Assembly: GCA_029932605.1 (NCBI GenBank)
Contig: JAOZPT010000062.1
Coordinates: forward strand, 1 to 12,655
Direction of reading: 5' to 3'
DNA: 12,655 nucleotides
DNA from: Candidatus Zixiibacteriota bacterium
GTDB lineage: Bacteria; Zixibacteria; MSB-5A5; UBA10806; 4484-95
The notes beneath the pieces are model-generated. The model was not told the DNA's origin and did no database searches. It worked only from the letters and a program-made list of their open reading frames with translations. Below are positions 1 to 9,092 of the stretch, in pieces. A program made the translations under genes and the position numbers. Position 1 is the stretch's first letter. Each line of letters starts with the position of its first letter.

Positions 1-1596
1 CTTATAACCGTCAGCGTACTGGCGCAATCACCGGGTGTCCAGATGGGGACGACCTGGTATGATCAGCAGACCAACGGCTCCACCGGCAATCGTATTGCTA
101 TTTGTGATGATGGTGCCATTTATGTTTGCTGGATGAATGCGTTGCAGTGGCCGCCACCTCCACGGCACGTTTATTATAACTGGCGGGATACTTACGGAGA
201 TTGGGCTTTTGAGCTTGGCTGTCAAGTTGATGTTCGTCCAGATAGTATTGCTGCCACCGGTTACACAACGCTTGATATTTATCAAGGATACAACAGAGCA
301 ATTGCCTACCATTACACTATTCCCTCTTATGTGACGAGATTGGCAATAGATGACCTTTTTAATGTGCCAAATTTAGTTAATGGTCATGAACACATATGGC
401 CTTATATAACTGTTGATCGTAATAATAGGATTCATGTCATTATGACCTACCCTGGTCCTAATGCTGGCGATCCGATGGATTTCATTTATGTCCGTTCAGC
501 CGATGGTGGTGAAAACTGGACATCACCTGAAATAGTCGATACACTCATGACTCTAAGCACTGTTATCGACGCCTCCCCTGTGTCAGACAGGGTAATAATC
601 GCTTATACTCATCCCACGGCATACGATAACCAGTGGGAAAATGATGTAATGTATGTCCTGTCCGAGGATGGTGTAACCTGGGATTTCCGAAATGGCAAGG
701 TAAACGTTACAGATTATTCCAATGATGATGACTCGCTCTGGGCTTATACCGATATGGATGTCATCTTCGATTATAATGATAATTTCCATATAATCTGGAA
801 CGCTGTAACTATAGATAGTGAGGGCTACATACAACGGAATACCCATCTATTCCATTACAATAGTGCCACTGAGGAGATAAACCTTATACGTATATGGCCT
901 GAGGAGAACGAATGGGGTTCTGGTTGTGAACCCGGAGCCTGGAATTTACCCATATGCAAAATGAACCTGGGGGTTAATGAATCGAATGTATTGTTTGCCA
1001 CCTGGACACAGTTCGACACCACCGATTGCTCACAGGGTGGATATGCAAACGGTGAAATATATATGTCATATACTTTAGACGGTGCAAATTGGCAGGAACC
1101 TGTAAATTTAACAAATTCTCATACACCTAATTGTTACCCTGAGGAATGCGACAGCGATCACTGGTCAACTCTGGCTGATGTAGTTAATGATACTTTGCAT
1201 ATTGTTTATATAAATGATAAGGATGCTGGGGGTATTCCCCAGAATGAGGGTGTCGCTACTGAAAATCCGGTGATGTATCTGGCTGTGCCGGTTGATACAA
1301 TTGTTGGAATAAGGGATAAAGTTCAAAAACCAACCAATTTCAGCCTCAATCAAAACTATCCCAATCCCTTCAATGCCGTTACAAACATCTCATTTGAATT
1401 AAAAGAACCGTCAGCTGTTTTACTTGAGGTATTTGACATAACCGGCGCTAAAGTGACTACACTTGTCGATGAATATATATCGGCTGGTTCCCATTCAATT
1501 ACTTGGAATGCTGAGCATTTGGCCTCTGGTGTTTACTATTACAGGTTGAAAGCTAATGGTACCGTTAAGACAAAAAGAGCGGTGTTAATCAAATAA
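1..1596 (+). CDS. Secreted Asp-box (BNR)/beta-propeller-like protein with T9SS type A-like C-terminal sorting domain; 5' end lies outside the window
   Basis: Frame 1 is open from base 1 (LITVSVLA-QSPGVQMGTTWYD...). This reads as the tail of a signal peptide, so ATG43 is probably internal. Asp-box-like motifs RSADGGENW, LSEDGVTW and YTLDGANW are present. The C-terminus (~1330-1596) NFSLNQNYPNPFN...VFDITGAKV...WNAEHLASGVYYYRL...TKRAVLIK is a typical Por/T9SS type A CTD. Confidence 0.85.
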   Translation, partial: LITVSVLAQSPGVQMGTTWYDQQTNGSTGNRIAICDDGAIYVCWMNALQWPPPPRHVYYNWRDTYGDWAFELGCQVDVRPDSIAATGYTTLDIYQGYNRAIAYHYTIPSYVTRLAIDDLFNVPNLVNGHEHIWPYITVDRNNRIHVIMTYPGPNAGDPMDFIYVRSADGGENWTSPEIVDTLMTLSTVIDASPVSDRVIIAYTHPTAYDNQWENDVMYVLSEDGVTWDFRNGKVNVTDYSNDDDSLWAYTDMDVIFDYNDNFHIIWNAVTIDSEGYIQRNTHLFHYNSATEEINLIRIWPEENEWGSGCEPGAWNLPICKMNLGVNESNVLFATWTQFDTTDCSQGGYANGEIYMSYTLDGANWQEPVNLTNSHTPNCYPEECDSDHWSTLADVVNDTLHIVYINDKDAGGIPQNEGVATENPVMYLAVPVDTIVGIRDKVQKPTNFSLNQNYPNPFNAVTNISFELKEPSAVLLEVFDITGAKVTTLVDEYISAGSHSITWNAEHLASGVYYYRLKANGTVKTKRAVLIK

Positions 1597-1640
1597 AATT
1601 ACCTATAGATTAATGTATTACACTTTAAGTAAGCTATAAA

Positions 1641-1675
1641 TGGTCGGTTATTTTAGCCGGTTGTTCTTTAATTTT
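1641..1675 (+). terminator. Possible weak intrinsic terminator after the first gene
   Basis: GGTCGGTTA-TTT-TAGCCGGTT hairpin with several G-U pairs, which form only in the + strand RNA, followed by T-rich GTTCTTTAATTTT. Confidence 0.35.
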
Positions 1676-1844
1676 AAAAATTTCTTGACTTTCATATGCT
1701 CAAAAGACAAATTGTAGGAAATATTTTGGGGGGTGAGTTGTAATTATTATACGTAAAGGCTGGCAGGAAGGGTGCTTGCGAAGCGAAGGTCAAATTTTAT
1801 AGAAAGACAATTAGATACTCTGAAGGTAATAAATTTAATAAAAA

Positions 1845-1853
1845 TAAGGAGGT
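1845..1853 (+). promoter_or_regulatory. Shine-Dalgarno site of the TonB-dependent receptor gene
   Basis: TAAGGAGGT ends 7 nt before ATG1861. Confidence 0.85.
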
Positions 1854-1860
1854 TTTAAGT

Positions 1861-4800
1861 ATGAGGTGGATAAGGTTATTTCGATCTCAAGATGCATTTG
1901 CAAGGGTTATGTTGATAAACCTTGCGGTGTTATCTTTGTTGATCATATGGTCACCCTGGGTTTTTGCTGGTACAACTGGGAAAATCTCGGGAGTTGTAAC
2001 CGACAGCGAGACAGGTCTTCATATACCCGGTGCTAGGGTGGTGATTGAGGGCACCACTATGGGTGCCATGGTTGACCCGATTGATGGGTCCTATGTGATT
2101 CTTAATGTCCCGCCTGGTACTTATACATTAGTAGGAGAATGTATTGGGTATAATAAAATGACTGTAAAAGAGGTCCTTGTTAGGGCTAACATCACTACCG
2201 AGCAAAATTTCGAGCTTGTATCTGAGGCTATCAAAGTTGGTGACATTACAGTTATAGCTGAACGTCCTGATATCGACAAGTACGAGGTTAGCACCGTTGA
2301 TAGGATAAGTGCCGAAGAGATTAAATCTTTGCCGGTGACGAATATCGAGGGTGTGATTAAGACCCAAACTGGCTTTGTGTCTGAGGGTGGTGCTTTGCAT
2401 GTTCGTGGTTCCCGGGCAGGTGAACTTGCTTTTGTAGATGACGGCGTTCTTATCCGGGACCAGCTTGGTGGATATGGTGGTGTAAATATCAGTGGCGATG
2501 AGGTAACACCGATATCGAGGCTTTCAATGAATGTTTCAGCCTCTGATGTCGAGGATATATCAATAATGAAAGGTAATTATTCTGCAGAATATGGCGATTG
2601 TGCTGGTGGATTGGTTACCACTCAACGTAAAGAGGGCTCCAATAAGATCACCACCGTCTATGCCCAGTTGTTAACTGATGATATGGGAAGCCCCGGATTG
2701 AATAAATATTCATTCAATCAGGACCGTTTTGATTTGAGCATTAGCGGACCCTTACCACTGATTTCTAACCAGTTGTTCCCAGCGCTGGGATTGAAATGGC
2801 CTGGTGAAAATATGGCATATTATGGCAGTTTCTCGGTTGATAAATATGATGGTTTTGTTGATTATAATGATTTTGATTCACCTAGATCCAAAATCGACTA
2901 CGGTTCAGAGAAATTTTTAGGCATTGAAATACCAAATCGAAGGGTGAACAAATACTCCGGCTTAATGAAACTCACCTGGAAAATAGACCCAAATTCTCGC
3001 TACAAATTGAACCTGCGCTATAGTAAAGATTGGGACAGAGCACGTGATTTCAATTTCGGTTTTCTGTATGTTCCGGAAAATGCCCAGGTGTTGAAATCCT
3101 CCCGTGAAATTAAGTCTGCCAGGTTCTCATTTAATCCACCTTTTTTGAAAGATACATTTGGTGAGTTATTATTAAGTGAGGTGATTCAGACTTATGAACG
3201 CAAACCAGGCGGTTTAACCCCAAGCAATTTTTACGTTCCCATTAAGGGTTGGGAATCTTATTATGATGCTAATGATAACGGACAGTGGGATCCGGCAGAG
3301 TACTTTGAGGATTTAAATGGCGATGGTATCTGGGGCGAGCCATATGTCGATTTGAATGCCAATGGACGTTTTGATGTTGACGTTGATTCCCTCATCGACT
3401 TAAATGGTAACGGCGTCTGGGATCCTGAACCGTTTGAGGATAGCAATGGCAATGGTGTCTGGGATCCTGCGGAGGTGATAAATAACGATGTTTATTACAT
3501 CGATGTTAACGGAAATGGTATTTACGACGATGAAGATTCAACTTACCTTGATCAGGATGGCAATGGTAATGGCATTTATGACCCTCAATTAAGCGATATC
3601 TACAATATCGACGAACCGGAACCGTATATCGATGGTGATTATAGTTGGGGGGAACCATTTACCGATGTTAATGGAAATGGCGTATATGATCCACCTTACG
3701 ACTCGATGGGCACAATCATAATAGTGGACATATGGGAACCGATAAACGATCTGGACCACAACGGGCAATACACCGGTCCTGATGACCCCTGGTCAGAGGG
3801 AATTCCATACACAGACTACAATCAAAATGGAAGATATGATGCTCCTAATGGTAGATACGATTATGGTGAGCCATTTACTGATGTCAATGGTAATGGTCGT
3901 TGGGACCCCACTGATCAATTTTATGATGCTGGATTTGACCGGTGGGCTCAGTATCATTATGATTATACCCGCACTAGAACTTTAAAACTTGACATGACCA
4001 GCCAGATTTCTCGAAATCATGGGTTAAAATCGGGGTTTGAATTTAAATTCCATCGTATCGAATATCAAGATTTACAATATCCTTACAATAAATACGATGG
4101 TCCTGCAGATACGATAAATACCGATAAAAACGGACCGTGGTGGGGCATAGAAAGAGCGATTGAAGTAAGCGATTTAGACGGTGATGGTATCCCTGAGACC
4201 GTTACGGGTACTGAAGTATATTCCAAAGGGACTTTCCGTGATTTCTATGTAAGGACTCCGAAAGATGGAGCTTTCTACATTGAAGACAATATGGAATACG
4301 GGGAGATGATAGCCAATGTTGGTGTTCGGTATGAATTTTTTATACAGGCTCGTGAGGTTAAAGATAGCGTTACTTTGAGTTATGAGGGTTTAAGCGACAG
4401 GCGAATAATCGATTCACAACAAAGGTGGGCTCCTCGTATCGGTTTTTCGTTCCCGATTTCTGAAAAAGCTAAGTTATTCTTTAACTATGGTCATTTTTAT
4501 CAAAGACCTGGTTTTGTTAAGTATTACCAGCGAGCAACTCAGGCTTCAAATGCCTTTACGGTCATTGGTAATCCAAATCTTGATTACGAGAAGACAATTC
4601 AATATGAGGTTGGTGTCCAGTATGCTATATCCGAGGGGTATCGTTTGGATGTTTCCGGTTTTTACAAGGACCAGTATGGCCTTTTAAACACTGTTCCTGA
4701 AGAACTTTCAAGTCGTTCAACTGAAATGCAACAGAACATCGATTATGCCAGGGCACGGGGTTTAGAATTTGAATTTTTAAAGAGATATGGTCAATTTTTG

Positions 4801-5379
4801 GCTGGTTCGATAAAATATGAATATACCTGGGCTTACGGTAAAAGCTCATCTGATAGATCTGATTATTACATCAGGTTCGCTGGTGGAGAGATTGCTATTA
4901 AAGAAAACCCCTTAGATTGGGATATCCGCCATCAGCTGACTGCTAGTGCCAGCTTTAGTGTTATCAAAGGGGAGCATCCCCATTTCGGCATATTTAAACT
5001 TCCTGACGACTGGAGCCTGAATATAATATGGTTGTATAAAAGTGGTCGCCCATTCACACCAGGTGATAATTATCCCGGTCTTTCTTTAAGAAGAAACGAA
5101 AGCCCGATTATAAACTCAAAGAGGATGCCGGCGAACTCGACTGTCGATGTTAAGTTTGATAAGAATTTCCAGGTTTACAACATGAACTATACTTTTTCAA
5201 TACTGGTAAACAATATCTTTGACTACAATAATGTCGATGATGTTTATTCCTCGACCGGAATGGCTAATACCGATGTGAATTATAATGGCCAGATTTATAC
5301 GGGATTGCCCAGGCACAATAACCCGGCTCATTACACTTCTGGCAGGCAGATCATGTTAGGTCTCAGTGTCCAGTTCTAA
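1861..5379 (+). CDS. TonB-dependent outer-membrane receptor with N-terminal carboxypeptidase-regulatory-like domain and internal calcium-binding-like repeat insert
   Basis: Signal peptide ...SPWVFA-G; N-domain GKISGVVTDSETGLHIPGARVVIEGT...GSYVILNVPPGTYTL; TonB-box-like DITVIA; plug LHVRGSRAGELAFVDDGV...VEDISIMKGNYSAEYG; barrel motifs WAPRIGFSFPI and GNPNLDYEKTIQYEVG; C-terminal beta-signal GRQIMLGLSVQF; strong RBS. Confidence 0.93.
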   Translation: MRWIRLFRSQDAFARVMLINLAVLSLLIIWSPWVFAGTTGKISGVVTDSETGLHIPGARVVIEGTTMGAMVDPIDGSYVILNVPPGTYTLVGECIGYNKMTVKEVLVRANITTEQNFELVSEAIKVGDITVIAERPDIDKYEVSTVDRISAEEIKSLPVTNIEGVIKTQTGFVSEGGALHVRGSRAGELAFVDDGVLIRDQLGGYGGVNISGDEVTPISRLSMNVSASDVEDISIMKGNYSAEYGDCAGGLVTTQRKEGSNKITTVYAQLLTDDMGSPGLNKYSFNQDRFDLSISGPLPLISNQLFPALGLKWPGENMAYYGSFSVDKYDGFVDYNDFDSPRSKIDYGSEKFLGIEIPNRRVNKYSGLMKLTWKIDPNSRYKLNLRYSKDWDRARDFNFGFLYVPENAQVLKSSREIKSARFSFNPPFLKDTFGELLLSEVIQTYERKPGGLTPSNFYVPIKGWESYYDANDNGQWDPAEYFEDLNGDGIWGEPYVDLNANGRFDVDVDSLIDLNGNGVWDPEPFEDSNGNGVWDPAEVINNDVYYIDVNGNGIYDDEDSTYLDQDGNGNGIYDPQLSDIYNIDEPEPYIDGDYSWGEPFTDVNGNGVYDPPYDSMGTIIIVDIWEPINDLDHNGQYTGPDDPWSEGIPYTDYNQNGRYDAPNGRYDYGEPFTDVNGNGRWDPTDQFYDAGFDRWAQYHYDYTRTRTLKLDMTSQISRNHGLKSGFEFKFHRIEYQDLQYPYNKYDGPADTINTDKNGPWWGIERAIEVSDLDGDGIPETVTGTEVYSKGTFRDFYVRTPKDGAFYIEDNMEYGEMIANVGVRYEFFIQAREVKDSVTLSYEGLSDRRIIDSQQRWAPRIGFSFPISEKAKLFFNYGHFYQRPGFVKYYQRATQASNAFTVIGNPNLDYEKTIQYEVGVQYAISEGYRLDVSGFYKDQYGLLNTVPEELSSRSTEMQQNIDYARARGLEFEFLKRYGQFLAGSIKYEYTWAYGKSSSDRSDYYIRFAGGEIAIKENPLDWDIRHQLTASASFSVIKGEHPHFGIFKLPDDWSLNIIWLYKSGRPFTPGDNYPGLSLRRNESPIINSKRMPANSTVDVKFDKNFQVYNMNYTFSILVNNIFDYNNVDDVYSSTGMANTDVNYNGQIYTGLPRHNNPAHYTSGRQIMLGLSVQF
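3250..3927 (+). repeat. Protein-level tandem repeats (~11 x E-P-[FY]-x-D-x-N-G-N-G-x-[WY]-D) within the receptor
   Basis: DANDNGQWD, DLNGDGIW, DLNANGRFD, DLNGNGVWD, DSNGNGVWD, DVNGNGIYD, DGNGNGIYD, DVNGNGVYD, DLDHNGQY, DYNQNGRYD, DVNGNGRWD. Confidence 0.9.
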
Positions 5380-5450
5380 ATAGTTTGAACGTATAGGGTG
5401 CTGTTTTAATATGAAGAATACGTGAATGGTAATACATTTGGAGGTAATTT

Positions 5451-8066
5451 ATGGTTCAATTTAAACTGTTTAAATTCTGGCCTCGGTTAACGAAGAACAA
5501 CTGTCAGGGTTCTTTGGGTAATCTGCCATCCATCAGACGCTGGGTTCCTTTAGAAAACCTTTGGATTATAATGGCAATGGTTGTTCTACTTACGTTTGTA
5601 ACCACCTCTTTTGCGACAACGAGAAACCCAAATGCTGGTGGTGCTGGCGGACCACTTTATAAGCCAGCGGTTGGTCCTAATGAACAGCTGAGAGTCCATC
5701 GTGTATCCAATGTTGAGTTCTCAATAACCAATTATGGTATTTTCGGCAGTCAGGGCCAGGATGAAATAGATCCGTTGACGGGTGAGCCTGCTCCTTCATG
5801 TGAATTTCCAGCTGGCTCCAACTTAGATTATCTTTTTCAGGGCGCTTTATGGATAGGTGCTACGGTGGTAGATCCTGAAGACCCGGAAGTATTAGATACA
5901 CTGGTTTCCATTGGTAATGATGGTTGGTGGGGTGATGTTTTTGAGATGTTCCCGGGAACTCCTCCAGCTGGGGAGATATTAATGCTTTCTATCAGAGGAC
6001 CATTGGTTCCACCGTATGCTGATAGCGTTGGCATTCAATCAGACCTGCCTGAAGGACGGAATGAGTTCCACGCTATATCTGAGCAGGATTTCATTGCTGT
6101 TTACACTGATACTATTACTGCCGGTCTGACGCCTGACCCTAACGATGGCCGAAACCATATTCCGCTTGGACTGAGGATCTTACAAAAAAGCTATTCATGG
6201 TCTTATGAATATGCCGAGGACTTCATTTTGATTGATTTCGAAATAGAAAACCTGACTAGTCATACGTTAAGTGATGTCTGGATAGGGTTGTACATTGATG
6301 CTGACGTTTTGCATATGTCGGAAAATCCTTATGGTAGTGAACAAGGCGCCCAGGATGATATTTGCGGTTATTTGATGACATATGAATTCCCTACCCATAC
6401 GGATTCAATAAACACTGCCTATATTGCCGATAACGATGGCCAACCTTATGGTGGTGTTTGGGACCCGTACTTATCACCACGGGGTGTATCGGGTTGTCGG
6501 GTTGTGCAGGCGCCCCAGCCTGATATCCAGTACTCTTTTAACTGGTGGATTTCCAATATCAATTCGGAACTTGATTGGGGTCCTCAGTTGCAGGAAAACT
6601 ACGACAAATGGGGTATATTCCCTGGAGGAGGTCGGGGTACACCGGGTGGAGACAGGGCAAAATACCAGGTTATGTCCAATAATGAATTCGACTATGACCA
6701 GATTTATTGTGCTTTGGATTGGACAGGTGAAGGATGGATTGAGAACACCTCGGAAAGCCCCAGTAACTTAGCCAACGGTTATGATACGCGTTATTTGTAC
6801 TCCTTTGGTCCTTTTGATTCTATTCCGGCATATGATATTTTACCGTTGACCGTTGGTTATATATGCGGAGAGGATCTCCATAAAGACCCCAATAATTACA
6901 ACGACTGGCTTAAGGACAACACCTCTGATAGTTCATCCATAGCCACTTATTACGAAAATCTTGATTTCAGTGATTTCGCCACCAATGCCCAATGGGCTGA
7001 ATGGGTTTTTGATAATCCTGGCGTTGATACTGACGGTGATGGTTATGCGGGCGAATATATTTTGATAGATTCATTAGGAGATCCTGATGATTCGAGTAAT
7101 TGGTTCTGGTACCAGGGAGATGGCGTGCCCGATTTCAAAGGACCACCTCCTCCTAATTCTCCAAGATTAGATGTTGAGGTGGATAAAGGAAAAGTCAAAC
7201 TTTGCTGGACCAGTATAAATCCGGGTGAACCAGAAACCGGCTCGGAAGATTCGAGAGATACTTTTAATGGCCAAAAGGATTTCGAGGGTTACAAGATATA
7301 CATGTCCTACGATGAGATGACCTGGTCGTTATTAAGGCATTTTGATAAAATCGACTGGGTGCCCGAGGTGTATGATTCTTTAATTGACGATTGGGTGCTT
7401 AATCCGAACAACCTGTATCCTGTTGATGATACTACTGGTTTAGGAGGTGATACATTAAGGTGGGTTGCCCATGATTTCAATATAGGTTTCGATGAAATTT
7501 ACGATAGCACCGTGGTTATAAGTGATGATACTGTAAAGTACTATAGTTACGAGATGACAGGGCTTTCTGAAGCACGGGGAGTATATTTTGCTGTAACGGC
7601 TTTTGATTTTGGCGATCCGATTACCAAGTTGTCACCTCTTGAATCTTCCAAATCGATTAACTCCAAGTTGGTTTATCCCATTAAAAAGACCGATCCGGTG
7701 ATGGTATATCCCAATCCTTATAAGATCTCCAATACCCAGGATTATATAAATGCTGGCTTTGAAAGTCCGGGTGATCCCTACGGGTGGGTAGAGCAGGACC
7801 GTCGTATATGGTTTTCCAATCTACCTGATGACCAATGGGCAATAATCAGAATCTGGACTCTGGATGGAGATCTTGTCAGAGCCATAACATATGACCCTAG
7901 AGATCTTATAGGTTATGCTACCGGCACTGTTTACTGGGATTTGATATCTCGTAATACTCAGGCGGTTGTATCGGGGTTATATTTATACTCGATAGAATAC
8001 CATTCAATAGTGGATGGAATTCCTGATAAAGAACCAGAAATTGGAAAGTTCGCTATAATTAAATAA
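5451..8066 (+). CDS. Large acidic secreted/surface protein of unknown function with FN3-like domain and atypical T9SS/FlgD-Ig-like C-terminal domain
   Basis: GGAGGT RBS at 5440-5445; hydrophobic signal segment IIMAMVVLLTFVTTSFA; Pro linker GPPPPNSP followed by FN3-like strands (KVKLCW...DFEGYKIY...VYFAVTAFD); C-terminus VYPNPY...IRIWTLDGDLVR...WDLISRNTQAVVSGLYLYSIE...IGKFAIIK. Confidence 0.8.
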   Translation: MVQFKLFKFWPRLTKNNCQGSLGNLPSIRRWVPLENLWIIMAMVVLLTFVTTSFATTRNPNAGGAGGPLYKPAVGPNEQLRVHRVSNVEFSITNYGIFGSQGQDEIDPLTGEPAPSCEFPAGSNLDYLFQGALWIGATVVDPEDPEVLDTLVSIGNDGWWGDVFEMFPGTPPAGEILMLSIRGPLVPPYADSVGIQSDLPEGRNEFHAISEQDFIAVYTDTITAGLTPDPNDGRNHIPLGLRILQKSYSWSYEYAEDFILIDFEIENLTSHTLSDVWIGLYIDADVLHMSENPYGSEQGAQDDICGYLMTYEFPTHTDSINTAYIADNDGQPYGGVWDPYLSPRGVSGCRVVQAPQPDIQYSFNWWISNINSELDWGPQLQENYDKWGIFPGGGRGTPGGDRAKYQVMSNNEFDYDQIYCALDWTGEGWIENTSESPSNLANGYDTRYLYSFGPFDSIPAYDILPLTVGYICGEDLHKDPNNYNDWLKDNTSDSSSIATYYENLDFSDFATNAQWAEWVFDNPGVDTDGDGYAGEYILIDSLGDPDDSSNWFWYQGDGVPDFKGPPPPNSPRLDVEVDKGKVKLCWTSINPGEPETGSEDSRDTFNGQKDFEGYKIYMSYDEMTWSLLRHFDKIDWVPEVYDSLIDDWVLNPNNLYPVDDTTGLGGDTLRWVAHDFNIGFDEIYDSTVVISDDTVKYYSYEMTGLSEARGVYFAVTAFDFGDPITKLSPLESSKSINSKLVYPIKKTDPVMVYPNPYKISNTQDYINAGFESPGDPYGWVEQDRRIWFSNLPDDQWAIIRIWTLDGDLVRAITYDPRDLIGYATGTVYWDLISRNTQAVVSGLYLYSIEYHSIVDGIPDKEPEIGKFAIIK

Positions 8067-8081
8067 TTAGGAGGTTTGAAG

Positions 8082-9092
8082 ATGAGGAAATATCTTTTTA
8101 TTGTGACATTGGGGTTAATATTAAACCTTGCGTCAGGATTCTTCGGACCGGATGTCGCTTTTGGGCAGGCCAAAGTAGGAACTGCTGGTGCACAGTTTCT
8201 GGAGATAGGAATTTCGGCCCGTGCTATTGGAATGGGTGAAGCTTTTCTTGGAGTAGCCAACGATGCTTCTGCTCTTTATTACAATCCTGCTGGTATTGCT
8301 CTTCTTGAGCAAAAGGAACTAATGGCCACTCATATTGAATATCCCGCTGATATCCAGTACGAGTTTTTAGGTTTTGTCCTGCCGACGCCTCAATGGTATG
8401 GAAATGTTGGTATTGCGGCTTACTGGCTACATACTGATGATATGCCGGTTACTACCTATGAACATCCCCGGGGTACTGGTCAGTTTTTCACGGCAACTGA
8501 CATGGCCTTAGGATTGACGTATTCTTCCAGCCTGACTGACCATTTCTCGCTGGGGATAACATTGAAATACATCAACTCGTTTTTAGAGGAGGAGAAAGCA
8601 ACTGGTTGGGCAGCAGATGTTGGAACATTTTATCAAACAGGCTTTCGCGGTTTCAATATCAGCATGATAATCGCCAACTTTGGTCCAGATATGAAGTTTA
8701 TAAGGGAGACCTATCCTTTACCAATCGATTTCAGGTTTGGCTCTTCAATTAACATCATAGAACAGGAAAACCAGATATTGACCTGGGCCATTCAGGCATC
8801 ACGGCCAAACGATAACCTCGAAAAATTCAACACCGGATTTGAATATTGGTTTAGCGATATTTTTGCTTTGAGAATAGGCAAGAAGTTCAACTACGATTAT
8901 TTTAATAACGGCAATCTTATGGATGAATCCGGTTTTGAGGACAGGCGTGATTATGGTACGACCTCAGGTATGACCTTTGGTGGCGGGGTAAAACTTCCTA
9001 TTTCTTCTTACTTTTTACAGATAGATTACGCTTATCAGGATATGGGATTTCTTGATAGTGTTCACCGTTTCAGTTTCGACATTAAGTTTTAG
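8082..9092 (+). CDS. PorV/PorQ-family (UPF0164-like, FadL-like) outer-membrane beta-barrel protein
   Basis: Signature KVGTAGAQFLEIGISARAIGMGEAF...DASALYYNPAG; amphipathic strands; C-terminal HRFSFDIKF. The start is placed at ATG8082 rather than TTG8076 because AGGAGGT (8069-8075) is 6 nt upstream of the ATG. Signal peptide ...DVAFG-Q. Confidence 0.88.
   Translation: MRKYLFIVTLGLILNLASGFFGPDVAFGQAKVGTAGAQFLEIGISARAIGMGEAFLGVANDASALYYNPAGIALLEQKELMATHIEYPADIQYEFLGFVLPTPQWYGNVGIAAYWLHTDDMPVTTYEHPRGTGQFFTATDMALGLTYSSSLTDHFSLGITLKYINSFLEEEKATGWAADVGTFYQTGFRGFNISMIIANFGPDMKFIRETYPLPIDFRFGSSINIIEQENQILTWAIQASRPNDNLEKFNTGFEYWFSDIFALRIGKKFNYDYFNNGNLMDESGFEDRRDYGTTSGMTFGGGVKLPISSYFLQIDYAYQDMGFLDSVHRFSFDIKF

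Noticed and set aside
43..1596. Calling gene 1 a sialidase
   Set aside because: Asp-boxes alone are not diagnostic, and the RIP motif and arginine triad were not identifiable.
1685..1803. Sigma70 promoter candidates (TTGACT at 1685; TTGCGA-16 nt-TATAGA at 1776-1803)
   Set aside because: TTGACT has no good -10 at 17 nt, and the other pair is weak in an AT-rich region. A promoter is likely here but cannot be placed.
3250..3927. RTX repeats, DNA tandem repeat/VNTR, or DGR template-variable repeat pair
   Set aside because: The motif is DxNGNG, not GGxGxDxL. The copies are diverged at the DNA level, differences are not restricted to adenines, and no reverse transcriptase gene is present.
8082..9092. 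Assigning gene symbol porV, or calling it a FadL fatty-acid transporter
   Set aside because: The family is recognisable, but orthology to the characterised PorV cannot be shown without phylogeny. The operon context suggests a paralog.
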